Shown: piece by piece, positions 39,178 to 51,479 of the stretch | Layout of the letters: the number at the start of each line of letters is the position of its first letter | How positions within the stretch are numbered: position 1 is the stretch's first letter | Source: Octopus sinensis | Taxonomy: Eukaryota | Length of the DNA: 64,000 nt | Direction: 5' to 3' | Assembly: GCF_006345805.1 (NCBI RefSeq) | Contig: NC_043020.1 | Span: 21,204,001-21,268,000, forward strand | Position numbers and translations under genes: made by a program | The notes under the pieces: generated by a model | Told to the model about the DNA's origin: nothing | Databases searched by the model: none | Seen by the model: only the letters and a program-made list of their open reading frames with translations

Positions 39178-39559
39178 ATACATACTAATACATACACCAA
39201 CCCTATACATACACACGTCCAGACCCCTCCTACGCACTATTAGCTGGTCCTTCAACCCTATTATCAACCCTATTATCAACCCTATTATCTCCCCTTATTT
39301 CGCTCTCGCGTCTCATGTTTGATCTTTGACCTCTGGCCGAAATCAGATCGCCATGTTGATTCGTTAGCTACTGCACGCATTTTTTTTCTCTCCTTCTTTC
39401 TGTGTTTTTTTTCTCTCTGTGTATCTTTCTGTTGAAGAGCGTAGGCTCGAAACGTTAAAGACTTGTTTTATTTATATTTCCTGAGCGCCATACTAATACA
39501 ATTGTTCGTTTGTTTTCTACCTGCCTTCGTCTTTTGTCTATTTTCATAAAGCTTCCCGT

Positions 39560-39565
<6 letters not shown>
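37388..39565 (+). mobile_element. Young 5'-truncated Penelope-like element (family 1, Neptune-like) in (TA)n, with GIY-YIG and full 3' tail
   Basis: [20 protein letters not shown]...GRYIDDIIG; one frameshift near 38110, then CSRPRCRTCP...NIIYCISCSLCNSLYIGQTGRRLADRFAEH; both ends abut (TA)n. Confidence 0.93.
39424..39461 (+). ncRNA. Minimal hammerhead ribozyme motif, non-canonical core (U at position 6, extra A after A9)
   Basis: TCTTT-CTGTTGA-A-GAG-CGTAGG-CTC-GAAA-CG-TT-AAAGA; stems I and II pair perfectly and stem III is palindromic ACGT. Confidence 0.65.
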
Positions 39566-39591
<26 letters not shown>

Positions 39592-39608
39592 ATATATATA
39601 TATATATG

Positions 39609-39748
<140 letters not shown>

Positions 39749-39777
39749 TGATTTGCATAATAGTGGTTTTATCTCTA

Positions 39778-40856
39778 GGTGACAAAGGGCCTCTCACTCA
39801 GAGTAAAAGGCAGACTGTATGACGCATGTGTGCGAACAGCCATGCTACATGGCAGTGAAACATGGGCCGTGACTGCTGAGGATATGCGTAAGCTCGCAAG
39901 AAATGAAGCCAGTATGCTCCGTTGGATGTGTAATGTCAGTGTTCATACCCGACAGAGTGTAAGTGCCTTGAGAGAAAAGTTGGACCTAAGAAGTATCAGA
40001 TGTGGTGTGCAAGAGAGGCGTCTACGCTGGTATGGACACGTAGTAAGAATGGATGAAGATAGTTGTGTGAAAAGTGCCACACCCTAGCGGCTGAGGGAAC
40101 CTGTGGAAGAGGTAGACAGAGGAAAGCCTGGGACGAGGTGGTGAAGAACGACCTTCACGCTTTAGGTCTTACCGAGGAAATGACCAGAGACCGAGACCTT
40201 TGGAAGTATGCTGTGTGCGAGAAGACCCGGCAGGACACGTGAGGCCATAACCCATGGCCCCTACCTGGGACGTAGTCAGTCCACCTGTGCATACCTTCCT
40301 TCTTGGGACACTTGTGAAGACCTGTTGAGGCAAGTGAAAATCAAAATCAAACCAAATCAAAATCGATGAACATCAATGGAAGTTGTATCTTTGTGGTACC
40401 AGTGCCGGTGGCACATAAGAAGACCATCCGAACGTGGCCGTAGTCAGTACCGCATCGATTGGCCTCCGTGCTGTGGGCACGTAACAAACACCATCCGATA
40501 GTGGCCGTTCGCCAGCCTCGTCTGGCACCTGTGTCGGTGGCACATAAAAAAACACCATCCGAGCGTGGCCGTTCGCCAGCCTCGTCTAGCACCTGTGTCG
40601 GTGGAACATAAAAAACACCATCCGAGCGTGGCCGTTCGCCAGCCTCGTCTGGCACTTGTGTCGGTGGCACATAAAATCACCCACTACCCTCTTGGAGTCG
40701 TTGGCGTTAGGAAGGGCATCAAGCTGTAGAAACACTGCCAGATCTGACTGGCCTGGTGCAGGCTTCGGGCTTCCCAGACCCCAGTTGAACCGTCCAACCC
40801 ATGCTAGCATGGAAAGCGGACGTTAAACGATGATGAATGATGATGATGATGATGAT
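39778..40856 (+). mobile_element. Young RTE LINE 3' fragment with 3' UTR and (GAT)n tail
   Basis: KGRLYDACVRTAMLHGSETW...ERRLRWYGHVVRM; the 3' UTR carries repeats of about 63 bp (40480-40675) and ends in (GAT)n. Confidence 0.92.
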
Positions 40857-40923
40857 GTATATATATATAATGCAATACAAAGTATTGCCTTCCAGTAAAA
40901 AGTAGCCCGTGTGGGAAAAATAC

Positions 40924-41170
40924 ACAAATTAGTAAATAAATGGCACAACTAAGTACCGATATTTACTGGAATAGCGAACGTAAAAATACGACGCTAATGT
41001 GCAGCTTCACCGCGTATGTATTAGCAAAAATGCGTGTGTGCAACAAATTAGAGAAAAAAAACCGTCTTACCTCCAGGGAGAACATCTGAAAGATGAAACA
41101 CCCGTATTTTTACGTTCGCTATTTCCAGTAAATATTGGTACTTAGTTGTGCCATTTATTTACTAATTTGT
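40924..41170. mobile_element. MITE-like element with terminal inverted repeats of about 67 bp
   Basis: 40924-40990 is the reverse complement of 41103-41170 (1 mismatch, 1 indel). Confidence 0.75.
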
Positions 41171-41282
41171 ATATATATATATATATATATATGTATAAGG
41201 GTGAAAAGGAACACACGAGTTGATATATATGAAAAAACAAGTCAAAATAGAAAATGCTAAAATAATTTTATAAAGAACATTT

Positions 41283-41320
41283 CAGTACCGGTTTCGGTCA
41301 TTTTGAGACCTTTTCAACTG
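41283..41320 (-). ncRNA. Minimal hammerhead ribozyme, U3:A8 core variant
   Basis: Minus strand CAG-TTGAAAA-GGTC-TCAAAAT-GACC-GAAA-CCGG-TA-CTG. Confidence 0.85.
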
Positions 41321-42009
41321 TATCGATTAAATAATTAAATTTAGAAAAATTAGAAGAAAAGTTTTTTTAAAGGAATATTTGTATAGTGTTCAGATATAAG
41401 TGGCATTCTGCCTTTCTCTAACTCCCTTGTTTGCACTTGTGTGTTCGAGGTCGTTGTGAATTCTTGGTAGGGTAGAAGAAGAAGGCTGATGAGGAGAGGG
41501 GGTGGAAAAATTTGGGAGTGCCTTGATTGTTGTATTTTGAATACGGCTAGCAGTTGCAGTTCAATTCAGGAGAATATTTCTATTGAGAGGTTTGTTTATG
41601 GAATTTGCGTAGGTGTTTTACTAAAAAGCATTAGTGATAAAGTTAAGAGGTAGAAGGTGGAGCAGAAGAAGAAGAAGAAGAAGAAGAAGAAGAAGAAGAA
41701 GAAGAAGAAGAAGATGACGATGATGATGATGATGATGATGATGTTGATGATGATGATGATGATGATGATGAAGAAGAAGAAGGAGAAGAAGAAGATGATG
41801 ATGATGATGATGATGGTGGTGATGATGATGACGACGATGATGATGATAATGATGATGATGGAGAAGAAGAGGAAGAAGAAGAAAACAGAGAAGGGAGAAT
41901 ATGAATGGGTGAAAGTAGTGAGGTGTTGTATGACTTGAAGTTGGTATGTTATGGATTATAGCTGTGATTGGGGCTGATTAGTAATGGATTCTTTGGAATG
42001 TAATATTTG

Positions 42010-44310
42010 TGTGTGTATTTCTTTTATTCTAAAGTTGAGGTATATTAATCGTTTGTCGTAGACCCGTTAAGAAGTGGCTTGTATTTTGTAATAAAGAGAG
42101 TTTCTTTATTGTCTCGAGGTTGTATCGTCCCTAAATTGGTAGAGGGGGAAAATCCTGAAGCTTGGTGTTTTGTTGTTGGCGCAAGTATCTATGTGTTGGC
42201 TAAAAGCTATTTTTCTGTTTTGGGGAATTTTTATCTGGGATCTGTGCAGGGCCATTCTTTTACGCAAACTATTTTTTGTTTGGCCTATGTACTGCTCTTG
42301 ACACCCGGAGCAGGTTAGTGAGTATATTAGGTTCTCCGAAGCACATGTGAAGTTGCTTTTCACTGTAAACCGTTGTCCCTGTTTGAAGGAGAACTCTGAT
42401 CCCTCAATTAGATAGTCGCATATCCCGCAATTGGGTCTTCCACATTTTTTTACTGTCGGCTTCTGTGTTGAAGAGTGATTTAGGCTGTCTCTTGCTTTTT
42501 ATGATCGTGTGTGTTTGGAGGATTGTGTTCATTCTGTGGTCTTTTTTTAGGAGGGGTATGTTGTGGAGAATGGTGCCGAAGGCTTCGTTATTGAGAGGGT
42601 TGTGTGTGGAGATGTATGGTAAGGCTTTTGATCGTAAGTTTTTCTTTGATTTGGGATGTCTCAGTTCCTTGATGTTAAGTTGAAGGGCACGTTGAATGCA
42701 CTTGTCAATAAGTGAAGGTGGATAGTTCCTGGTGATAAGGGTATCTTTTAGTTCTTGTATTCGTGTGTCTCTGGTGTTTGCGTTAGAGACTATAGTGCAT
42801 ATCCTTTTTGCTAGATTGAAGGGGATATTCATCCTGGTGTGTCTGGGGTGGCATGAATTGAATGGAAGATATTGCTTAGAGTCTGTAGGCTTATAATATA
42901 TGTCTGTTTCTATTATATTATTAGCTTTCTTAATGAGGATATCGAGGAAGGGGAGTTGTTGCTGGCTATATTCCATCGTGAATTGGATGTTTACGTCCAG
43001 TCCGTTTAAAATTTCCTGGAATTCTATGAGTTTTTCTATATTTTTATGCCAAAGAATGAAACAGTCACCTAGATATCTCTTCCAGTTGTTTTCTATGTAG
43101 ATGGAGAAAGGGCTGCCATATCTTTCTAGAACCTTACGATACAGACTGATCTCTAGATATCCTATGACTAGGTTGGCAAAGGAGGGGGCCATTCGTGTAC
43201 CCATCGTAGTCCCCGATTTTTGTCGGTAGAAGTTGTCATTGAAGGCGAAGAAGTTATTTTCCAGGATGAATTTAACCCCTTCTATCATGAATTCTTTTTT
43301 GATGCGATGTGGTAGTTCGTTGGCGTGATTCTCTAGCCAGAATTGGATTGCCTCTAGTCCTAGGTTGTGGGGGATATTGGAGTAGAGGTTGACTACATCG
43401 AAGGATACCAGTATGGTGTTTTTGTTTATAGTATTCGGTAGGTGATTGAGCATATCCAAGTCGTCCCTTATATAGCTTTTGACATGTTTAAGGAGTGGTT
43501 TTAACAGGGTGTCTAAAAAGTTACTGAGGCGGTGGGTTTCGCATGCGGGACCTGCTATTATGGGTCTCAATTTGAGGTCATTAGGATTAGGGACTTTAAT
43601 TATTTTGTCTGTAGCTATCTTGCATGCGTTGCTTATTTTCTCACTTTTGTGTATCTTAGGTATACCGTAGAATTGGCTGGTTTTACTTGTGAAATTGGTC
43701 ATATAATCATATTCTTTGTCGGTGAGCCCTGCTTTGTATGGGTTTAACATGGATTTTAGTTCCCTCATTATTTTTTGTTGACTGTAGTTTTGTGCCTTTT
43801 CATAGTATGTTGTGTCTTCCAGCATTGAAAGTACCAAAGTTATGTAAAATGTCGTATCCATTAAGACAACAGCACTCCCTTTATCGGCTTCTTTGGTTGT
43901 TATTGTTTTATCTTGTTTTAATTTGTTCAACTCAGCCCATTCTTTTTTGCTGAAGTTTGGTTTGTGTTTTTGTTTGTGCATATGTTGATATGGGTAATTT
44001 GATATGTGGTCACAGAAATCATCAAGTGTTTTGTTCTTACCTTTAGAGGGGGTGTAGTTACTCCTATTTCTGACTAACGATTCGTCCTCGTTGTATTTAT
44101 CGTATAGCTCCTCAGTAAGTCTTAATTTTCTGCAGAATTCTGCGATGTCTTCTTTCATTTCATTGTAGTTGGGGTGTTGTGGGGTGGGTGTAAACTTGCG
44201 TCCTTTGGAAAGTATGTTTATTTGGTTTGCTGTTAGTTCCTTGTGAGTTAGATTGATAATTTTTATTACTTTTGGTTCCTCCTGCTTGTTTGGTGCTATC
44301 TTGTGTCTCT
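42010..44310 (-). pseudogene. PLE reverse transcriptase plus GIY-YIG endonuclease ORF; 5'-truncated, one frameshift, catalytic YxDD altered
   Basis: The frame is open from 44310 (IINLTHKELT..LSKGRKFTPTP) to 42404 with EADKGSAVV, KLRPII, GTTMGTRMAPSFANL and WKRYLGDCF. After a frameshift near 42470: KKCGRPNCGIC...NLIYSLTCSGCQEQYIGQT. Confidence 0.93.
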
Positions 44311-45310
44311 GTGAAAAGCAACTTCACATGTGCTTCGGAGAACCTAATATACTCACTAACCTGCTCCGGGTGTCAAGAGCAGTACATAGGCCAAACAAAA
44401 AATAGTTTGCGTAAAAGAATGGCCCTGCACAGATCCCAGATAAAAATTCCCCAAAACAGAAAAATAGCTTTTAGCCAACACATAGATACTTGCGCCAACA
44501 ACAAAACACCAAGTTTCAGGATTTTCCCCCTCTACCAATTTAGGGACGATACAACCTCGAGACAATAAAGAAACTCTCTTTATTACAAAATACAAGCCAC
44601 TTCTTAACGGGTCTACGACAAACGATTAATATACCTCAACTTTAGAATAAAAGAAATACACACACAAATATTACATTCCAAAGAATCCATTACTAATCAG
44701 CCCCAATCACAGCTATAATCCATAACATACCAACTTCAAGTCATACAACACCTCACTACTTTCACCCATTCATATTCTCCCTTCTCTGTTTTCTTCTTCT
44801 TCCTCTTCTTCTTCATCATCATCATTATCATCATCATCGTCGTCATCATCATCACCACCATCATCATCATCATCATCATCATCATCTTCTTCTTCTCCTT
44901 CTCCTTCTTCTTCTTCATCATCATCATCATCATCATCGTCATCTTCTTCTTCTTCTGCTCCACCTTCTACCTCTTAACTTTATCACTAATGCTTTTTAGT
45001 AAAACACCTACGCAAATTCCATAAACAAACCTCTCAATAGAAATATTCTCCTGAATTGAACTGCAACTGCTAGCCGTCACTGACCATTCAAAATACAACA
45101 ATCAAGGCACTCCCAAATTTTTCCACCCCCTCTCCTCATCAGCCTTCTTCTTCTTCTACCCTACCAAGAATTCACAACGACCTCGAACACACAAGTGCAA
45201 ACAAGGGAGTTAGAGAAAGGCAGAATGCCACTTATATCTGAACACTATACAAATATTCCTTTAAAAAAACTTTTCTTCTAATTTTTCTAAATTTAATTAT
45301 TTAATCGTTA

Positions 45311-45348
45311 CAGTTGAAAAGGTCTCAAAATGACCGAAACCGGTACAG
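45311..45348 (+). ncRNA. Second copy of the U3:A8 hammerhead (stem I mismatch)
   Basis: CAG-TTGAAAA-GGTC-TCAAAAT-GACC-GAAA-CCGG-TA-CAG. Confidence 0.8.
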
Positions 45349-45439
45349 AAATGTTCTTTATAAAATTATTTTAGCATTTTCTATTTTGACTTGTTTTTTC
45401 ATATATATATATATATATGGTGGTTGTCTATTCCTTATA

Positions 45440-45845
45440 CAGAGTTTGACCACCTCCTGTACCTAGATCTCAGCACCATCATGGTGTCTGATGTGGCTTT
45501 TTAAACCAGACAATGTTCTGAAAAGACACCCACATAGATTGCACCTCCGATTTGGAGCACCAATACCTGCAGATAAGTTCTTCTCTTTGCTGAGGCCTCT
45601 GTTGGATTTGCAAACCTTCTGGCATACATTGCATTCAAAGGTGTGCACAGAAATAGTCAGAATAGTTGGTAGAGGTTCGTTTTCCATGTGTTCGCAGATG
45701 AGATTTGAAGCCAGCTAAAGACAGGCATGGTCTGTCATAGATTGTGCATACGAAAAGGTCATTGTCATTCACCTTCTCGATCGCTACATTTTCCCCTAGA
45801 TCTCTTTTGAGTCTTACTTGCGTTATCCTGGCTTTTATATACATC
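45440..45845 (-). mobile_element. 3' end of a LINE ORF2 with tandem C2H2 zinc fingers (frameshifted)
   Basis: FVCTIYDRPCLSLAGFKSHLRTH, FECNVCQKVCKS and CNLCGCLFRTLSGLKSHIRHH; RTE-like C-terminal fingers (clade is inference). Confidence 0.65.
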
Positions 45846-45984
45846 TATATAAATACACACACACACATATATATATATATACACACATATATATATGTAT
45901 ATATACATACATGTATATAAATATATATATACACACACCTATCGCATCTATCTAGCTTCAGAAATAGGAATAAGGCAAACACAA

Positions 45985-46946
45985 CAGGACTTAGTGCATA
46001 CATATGGGAACTTAAGGATAAAAAAATAGATTTTAGCTTGAACTGGCGTATACTCACAAAAACTTCCTACAACACCGCAAGTAGACGCTGCGATCTCTAC
46101 CTATCAGAACGCCTAGCTATACTTACGGCTAGATAAAATTTCTCAACAGGAAATTTGAGAACACAAATTTTTGTCTCCTCGTGGGCCAGTATGTGTTTTC
46201 GAAATACCGGTAGAATAGCCTGTATTGTCCTCATGCAGCCGCCTATGCCTTCATAATCCCAATCTAGAATACTCATCTATATAAGTCTAATTAACAGAGT
46301 AACACATGAAACACACGAATAGTCACGCTGCATACTCACTCGCCCTAAACATTTCATAATAATACACCTTGCAAAAGTTTAGGGCTCCGCCTAGCATTAT
46401 GAAATTTCTAAACTCTAGTAATAAAACAATTATTAGACGCAGCACATTTTCGAACCACCCAATATTTCGTAAGAGTTAGCTCCCGTTTCACCTTGTTACA
46501 GTTACCTCCCTTCACTTACACCGCCGGTGTCAAAATCTATAATACGAAATGAACACGCGACAAAAAATTGTGCTTAATTAAACGAGGTAGCCCACACCTA
46601 TATAATACTCACCCCGCCCTAATTACCCAACGAAACTAACCAATCTACCACATGTAAACCCCTAACCAACGAATTAACCAGTGCAAAAACAAAATTTCAA
46701 TGTAAGAATTTGTTTATCCATCGTATATATCCATCGTTTATCCATCATATATATCCGTCGTTTTCGCATCCTAACCGATGCATCTATCTATACTCGCATT
46801 CTGAAGAGATTTACTTACTCCAGTAAATCGAAACGATCGTAAATGCCTCCCTCATCTCTGCTTTTTACTTCTTTGTTACCTATTTAATTAAAGACATGCC
46901 ATCGTAAACCATGAGTTTCCCATTGTTATTACATCCATTTTCTTCT

Positions 46947-46950
<4 letters not shown>
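45985..46950 (+). mobile_element. 5'-truncated PLE: endonuclease C-terminus plus 3' tail ending in (TA)n
   Basis: ELKDKKIDFSLNWRILTKTSYNTASRRCDLYLSERLAI resembles the PLE W.LK....I.W.I....Y......C.LC..EK..I region; the tail contains a hammerhead. Confidence 0.75.
46796..46846 (+). ncRNA. Canonical intact type-I hammerhead ribozyme
   Basis: GCATT-CTGAAGA-GATTTACT-TACTCC-AGTAAATC-GAAA-CGATCG-TA-AATGC: 5-bp stem I, 8-bp stem II, palindromic stem III, GUA site. Confidence 0.92.
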
Positions 46951-47006
<56 letters not shown>

Positions 47007-47629
47007 GGTGTGTGTATCTGTGTGTGTGTGTATGTGTTTAACTTCCCGGCACATCTCCTTGCCAACAAATCGTAGAACCACCAAAAATGGGTCACTTAAA
47101 GTTTAGGCGAATGAAAATTGAACTGCGCTATTTCTGTTCCGAAATTCATCTCGCAAGTGCAAAAAACGATAATGTGTTTGTTTAGGCCTTATCCCATGCA
47201 TTGAATAGTGAACTTTACTCAGTCAGCTGTTTGACGTGAACTGTGTTCACCACGCGTGCAAGCATGCGTAAATTGCATGAAAAATAAAAAATCAAGATAT
47301 AAAAACGAATCGCCGTAAACATTGTAGAAATTCGGCAAAGAAATGAATTTTCGGGATGTAGTCTGGACGGTTTTTTCGTATTAATCGTTTGGACTTTGTG
47401 AACACATACCAATTGTTTTCATAACATTTTTAACGCTTTGCATTAAATGTGACCATTTTACAAAGCCGGGCAATACTGCTATATATATATATCCATATAC
47501 ATATATATGTTTATATATTTGTATATATATATATATGTTTATATATTTATATGTATGTGTGTGTGTATATATATATGTATATATGTATATTTATATATAT
47601 ATATAATACTTATATACATATGTATATAT

Positions 47630-48101
47630 GCTTATATACATATATATATATATATAATACTTATATACATATGTATATATGCTTATATACATACACACAC
47701 ACACACACATATATATACTCTCTCATACACACACACACACACCCTTATACATACTAATACATACACCAACCCTATACATACACACGTCCAGACCCCTCCT
47801 ACGCACTAATAGCTGGTCCTTCAACCCTATTATCTCCCCTTATTTCGCTCTCGCGTCTCATGTTTGATCTTTGACCTCTGGCCGAAATCAGATCGCCATG
47901 TTGATTCGTTAGTTACTGCACGCATTTTTTTTCTCTCCTTTCTGTGTTTTTTTTCTCTCTGTGTATCTTTCTGTTGAAGAGCGTAGGCTCGAAACGTTAA
48001 AGACTTGTTTTATTTATATTTCCTGAGCGCCATACTAATACAATTGTTCGTTTGTTTTCCACCTGCCTTCGTCTTTTGTCTATTTTCATAAAGCTTCCCG
48101 T

Positions 48102-48110
<9 letters not shown>
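47630..48110 (+). mobile_element. Tail-only PLE family 1 copy in (TA)n
   Basis: Near-identical to 39150-39565; no coding sequence. Confidence 0.9.
47966..48003 (+). ncRNA. Hammerhead motif identical to 39424-39461
   Basis: Same 38-nt sequence. Confidence 0.65.
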
Positions 48111-48149
<39 letters not shown>

Positions 48150-48150
<1 letters not shown>

Positions 48151-48775
48151 TAGCAGTATCGCCCGGCGTTGCTCGGGTTTGTAAGGGAAATAACTATATA
48201 AGCATTTCTAGAGAGTTACAGCAAAAAAATGCATTAAAAATGGAATAAAAAATGATGGTAATTTTTTTTTTAAATCGTTGACTCATCGTAGACATTTTTA
48301 GAGAGTTACTTCCCTTATATAATAGCGAAAAAATGCATTAAAATGGAAAAAATGATGGTAAATTTTTTTTTAAATCGTAGACTCATGTAGACGCTTTCTT
48401 AGCCATTTCTGTTTTGGTGTCTTCAAGCCATGAAGTCGTTCTTCTAAAAGAACGCTGGTCTCCTTGACAACTCATTACGACGTTGATTTCCTTACACTCC
48501 CTTCCCCACAGGTGCAGGTGTGAGCGTGGACGCCAACTCCGCCGCCATCGACACACGAAAAATTATGCATTAAAATGGAATAAAAAATGATGTTAAATTA
48601 TTTTTAAAATCGTAGACTCATCGTAGACGCGCGCTAATAGCCAGACGGGCTCGATATGAATCACGACTATAAGATACCCGAATTTGGTTAAACTGCACCG
48701 CAAAATGTGGGAGTAGTTAGGAATCTAAATCGAAGGGGACAGACACTCACACAACTACAGTTTTATATATATAGA
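48150..48775 (-). mobile_element. Non-autonomous Helitron
   Basis: Minus strand A|TC...hairpin CCCGAGCAACGCCGGG...CTAG|T; three internal repeats beginning AAAAAATGCATTAAAA(A)TGGAA. Confidence 0.88.
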
Positions 48776-48806
48776 TATATAATACTTATATATATATGTA
48801 TATATG

Positions 48807-48890
<84 letters not shown>

Positions 48891-51181
48891 CACACATATG
48901 AGAGGGATGGCTACTATGTGGACAACCCTTATGCTAGAACTAGATCCGCTATGGTCTTACCACTAAGAAATGTTCTCAAGAAAAATTTAGCAAACACCAG
49001 AACGTAAGCGAGCAAGATAAATGAAAAGTAATAAAAATATAGATTATTCACATACATGTTTTACTATTAACAGATTACGTAATTTTACTTACGCAATTTG
49101 TCCGTAGATCTTCAATGTGACCGCCAATACAAATATAAATTGCAGAACTATACACGAGGACGCCCACACGAGGTTGAACTTGTATCTAGTTCTACTTAGA
49201 TCTGTATCTAGTTCTACCTATTACTCTAATTTACTGAAAGAAGTATCTGAATAAATTTCATTTCAATCCGTACGGTTATGTGTTTTTCTGTTGTTGACGG
49301 TTTCTTTCTAGTTCCTTTGATACTGGCTCTTTAGTTCACTAAGAGGCAAATTTCGCTTCGACCTGTACAGTACTTTATTTTCCGTTAAAATTTCTTATTT
49401 ACTTTCTCCCTGTCACATAAGAAACATAATTTCCGTTACCAAGTTATTTTCATTTACTATCTTCCGCATTTATGTATTTCTGTAAACATATATAACCATA
49501 CCTAGAAGGAAAGTGTCAAATTGATCAGCATAACTACACATTTCTGCTCCCACCACTTTGGATGATCATAACTTTCATAAAAATGGATATTTTTTCATAA
49601 AAATGTCTACGAATATGTGTTATATCATGTAGATTCTGAATATACATGGGGGGGGGGTAAGCGTTTTAGGTGGGGAGAATTTCAGAAAATTCACTGGAGT
49701 CCAATTCGTCTTAACTTTAAAAAAACGAATATTTTTTAATGAAATTCTCTACAAATATACTTTGGACTATGTAAATTCCGAGGATGTAGGAATTTTGGTG
49801 GGGGAAACAATTGGGGGTTATTTTTGAAAACTATTCCCCACTCGGGGGGGGGGGGGGGGGGGGGGCTCAGAACAAGTCATCCACATTTCTTTCTTTTCTC
49901 CGTTTTGTGCGTTTGTGCATCCGTAGATTTCTACTGAAGCAACAAACAAACAATGAAGGCAAATGAAACCCTCACCAGAAAACTTGTTACGCTAAAAATA
50001 ACAGCTGCTACACAAAAATATGTTATTAAGATGACTTATCTGTTGCATACGATTTTTTCTCCTTTTATGTAAATTCCCAGGTAATAGAAAGGTAAAAGAC
50101 ACCAGAAGCAAAAATAAGGAATATACACGCACAGTTAAATATAGAAATGTAAAGCATAATTTGTTATATAATCTGGATCTTTTCCTTTTGATGGACGTAA
50201 TTCAACACAATTTCTAGTTAACTAAACAATTTGAAACTTCGTATACTGGTAGAATGTGTCAAAAGAAAACATTATTTTCACTTGGCTTTTTTGATAAATT
50301 TGTAAGTTAACGTAGTTTAATTCTTCGAATCTTAACCAATGAATTGCCAGCATTTGAGCTCAAATCATTTGCTGCGTCTAAAAACTCAGACATCCTGTTA
50401 CAACGTAAACAGCGCGCACACCACACACACTCGTGTTATTCATCCTTCTCTCTTCTGTCTGCCTCGGTCATCGATATTGATAAACAAACGAGACATGTGC
50501 TAGAAATAACAGCCATATCTCTTAAATCGATGAATAATAAAAATATTAACGATATTTTTTGAATATTTTCTTTATTTTTTTTTACTGAAAAGGCTTCTCC
50601 CATGGTTTTGATGGGCCAAAAACAACAAAAACATGTACACCCATACAAACAGAAACACACACACACACACACATTCTCACTCTGTCTATGTACACATATG
50701 CAGTCATACCCATCCATTCACACACTTTTCAGACTGCCGCTCACTCACTATTGACGACTCCATCTATGCTTGCATGCAAACACACACTTACCCATTCACA
50801 CACCTTTCCCTATAGTTGCTGACTTATTATTAACCTCGCAGAGCAACAACATATACATGCACACAAATCCTATCACGCACACACAGTTACTACCACACAC
50901 TTGCATTTACTGCCATCCCCCCCCACATGCACAAACTTCACTCTCCTGTCCCAGAAACTACTTTCTCTTTCTCCTTCCACCGCTGGTCATTTCAGAAATG
51001 TAAACGTACGTGGGCTGTTGGCAATTTTTCCTTTGGACTTTCCTGTTCCCGACAAAGAAAAATGCTTAAAATATTAACAACTGTCCAACTGTTTCCCTTC
51101 AGTGAGCGACAAATTAATATATTTCTTGTGCACATCCTCACATTTGTTTTTTTTCTGCTTTTTGTTTGTTTCTTTATTGAC

Positions 51182-51221
<40 letters not shown>

Positions 51222-51479
51222 CGAATGCAGGGAGTAAGTCTGAGTAGTATACGACATTATCAACGAAGACCACGAGTGTGTGTGTCCATGTGTTATCGAC
51301 GAGGCACGAAGCAGCGAGTTCTCGGTATCGAGCATGAGTGCGGCCAGTCGATCGGCGGGGAGCTTTACACCTTGATCTCCAAAAACTCGCTGCAAAAGGC
51401 ATGTGTTACCATAACAAAACTGATATAGATATAATTATGATCACAGGGAAGTCATTAATTTTTGTATGATAATTCCTAC

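Larger units (their letters stand above)
41225..45405 (-). mobile_element. Near-intact Neptune-like PLE (family 2) with inverted pseudo-LTR arms of about 1.1 kb
   Basis: Arms 41225-42363 and 44311-45405 are reverse complements, each holding the GIY-YIG C-part, tail and hammerhead; the RT ORF lies between them; both ends abut (TA)n. Confidence 0.95.

Noticed and set aside
40410-40675. CRISPR-like array
   Set aside because: Tandem units without unique spacers, in a eukaryotic LINE 3' UTR; the same holds for the repeats at 12263-12590.
41657-41938. Poly-Lys/Met ORFs (also 44736-44963)
   Set aside because: Frames across (GAA)n/(GAT)n repeats inside the PLE arms.
49844-49865. G22 run as a functional G-quadruplex
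   Set aside because: An isolated homopolymer of unreliable length with no supporting context.
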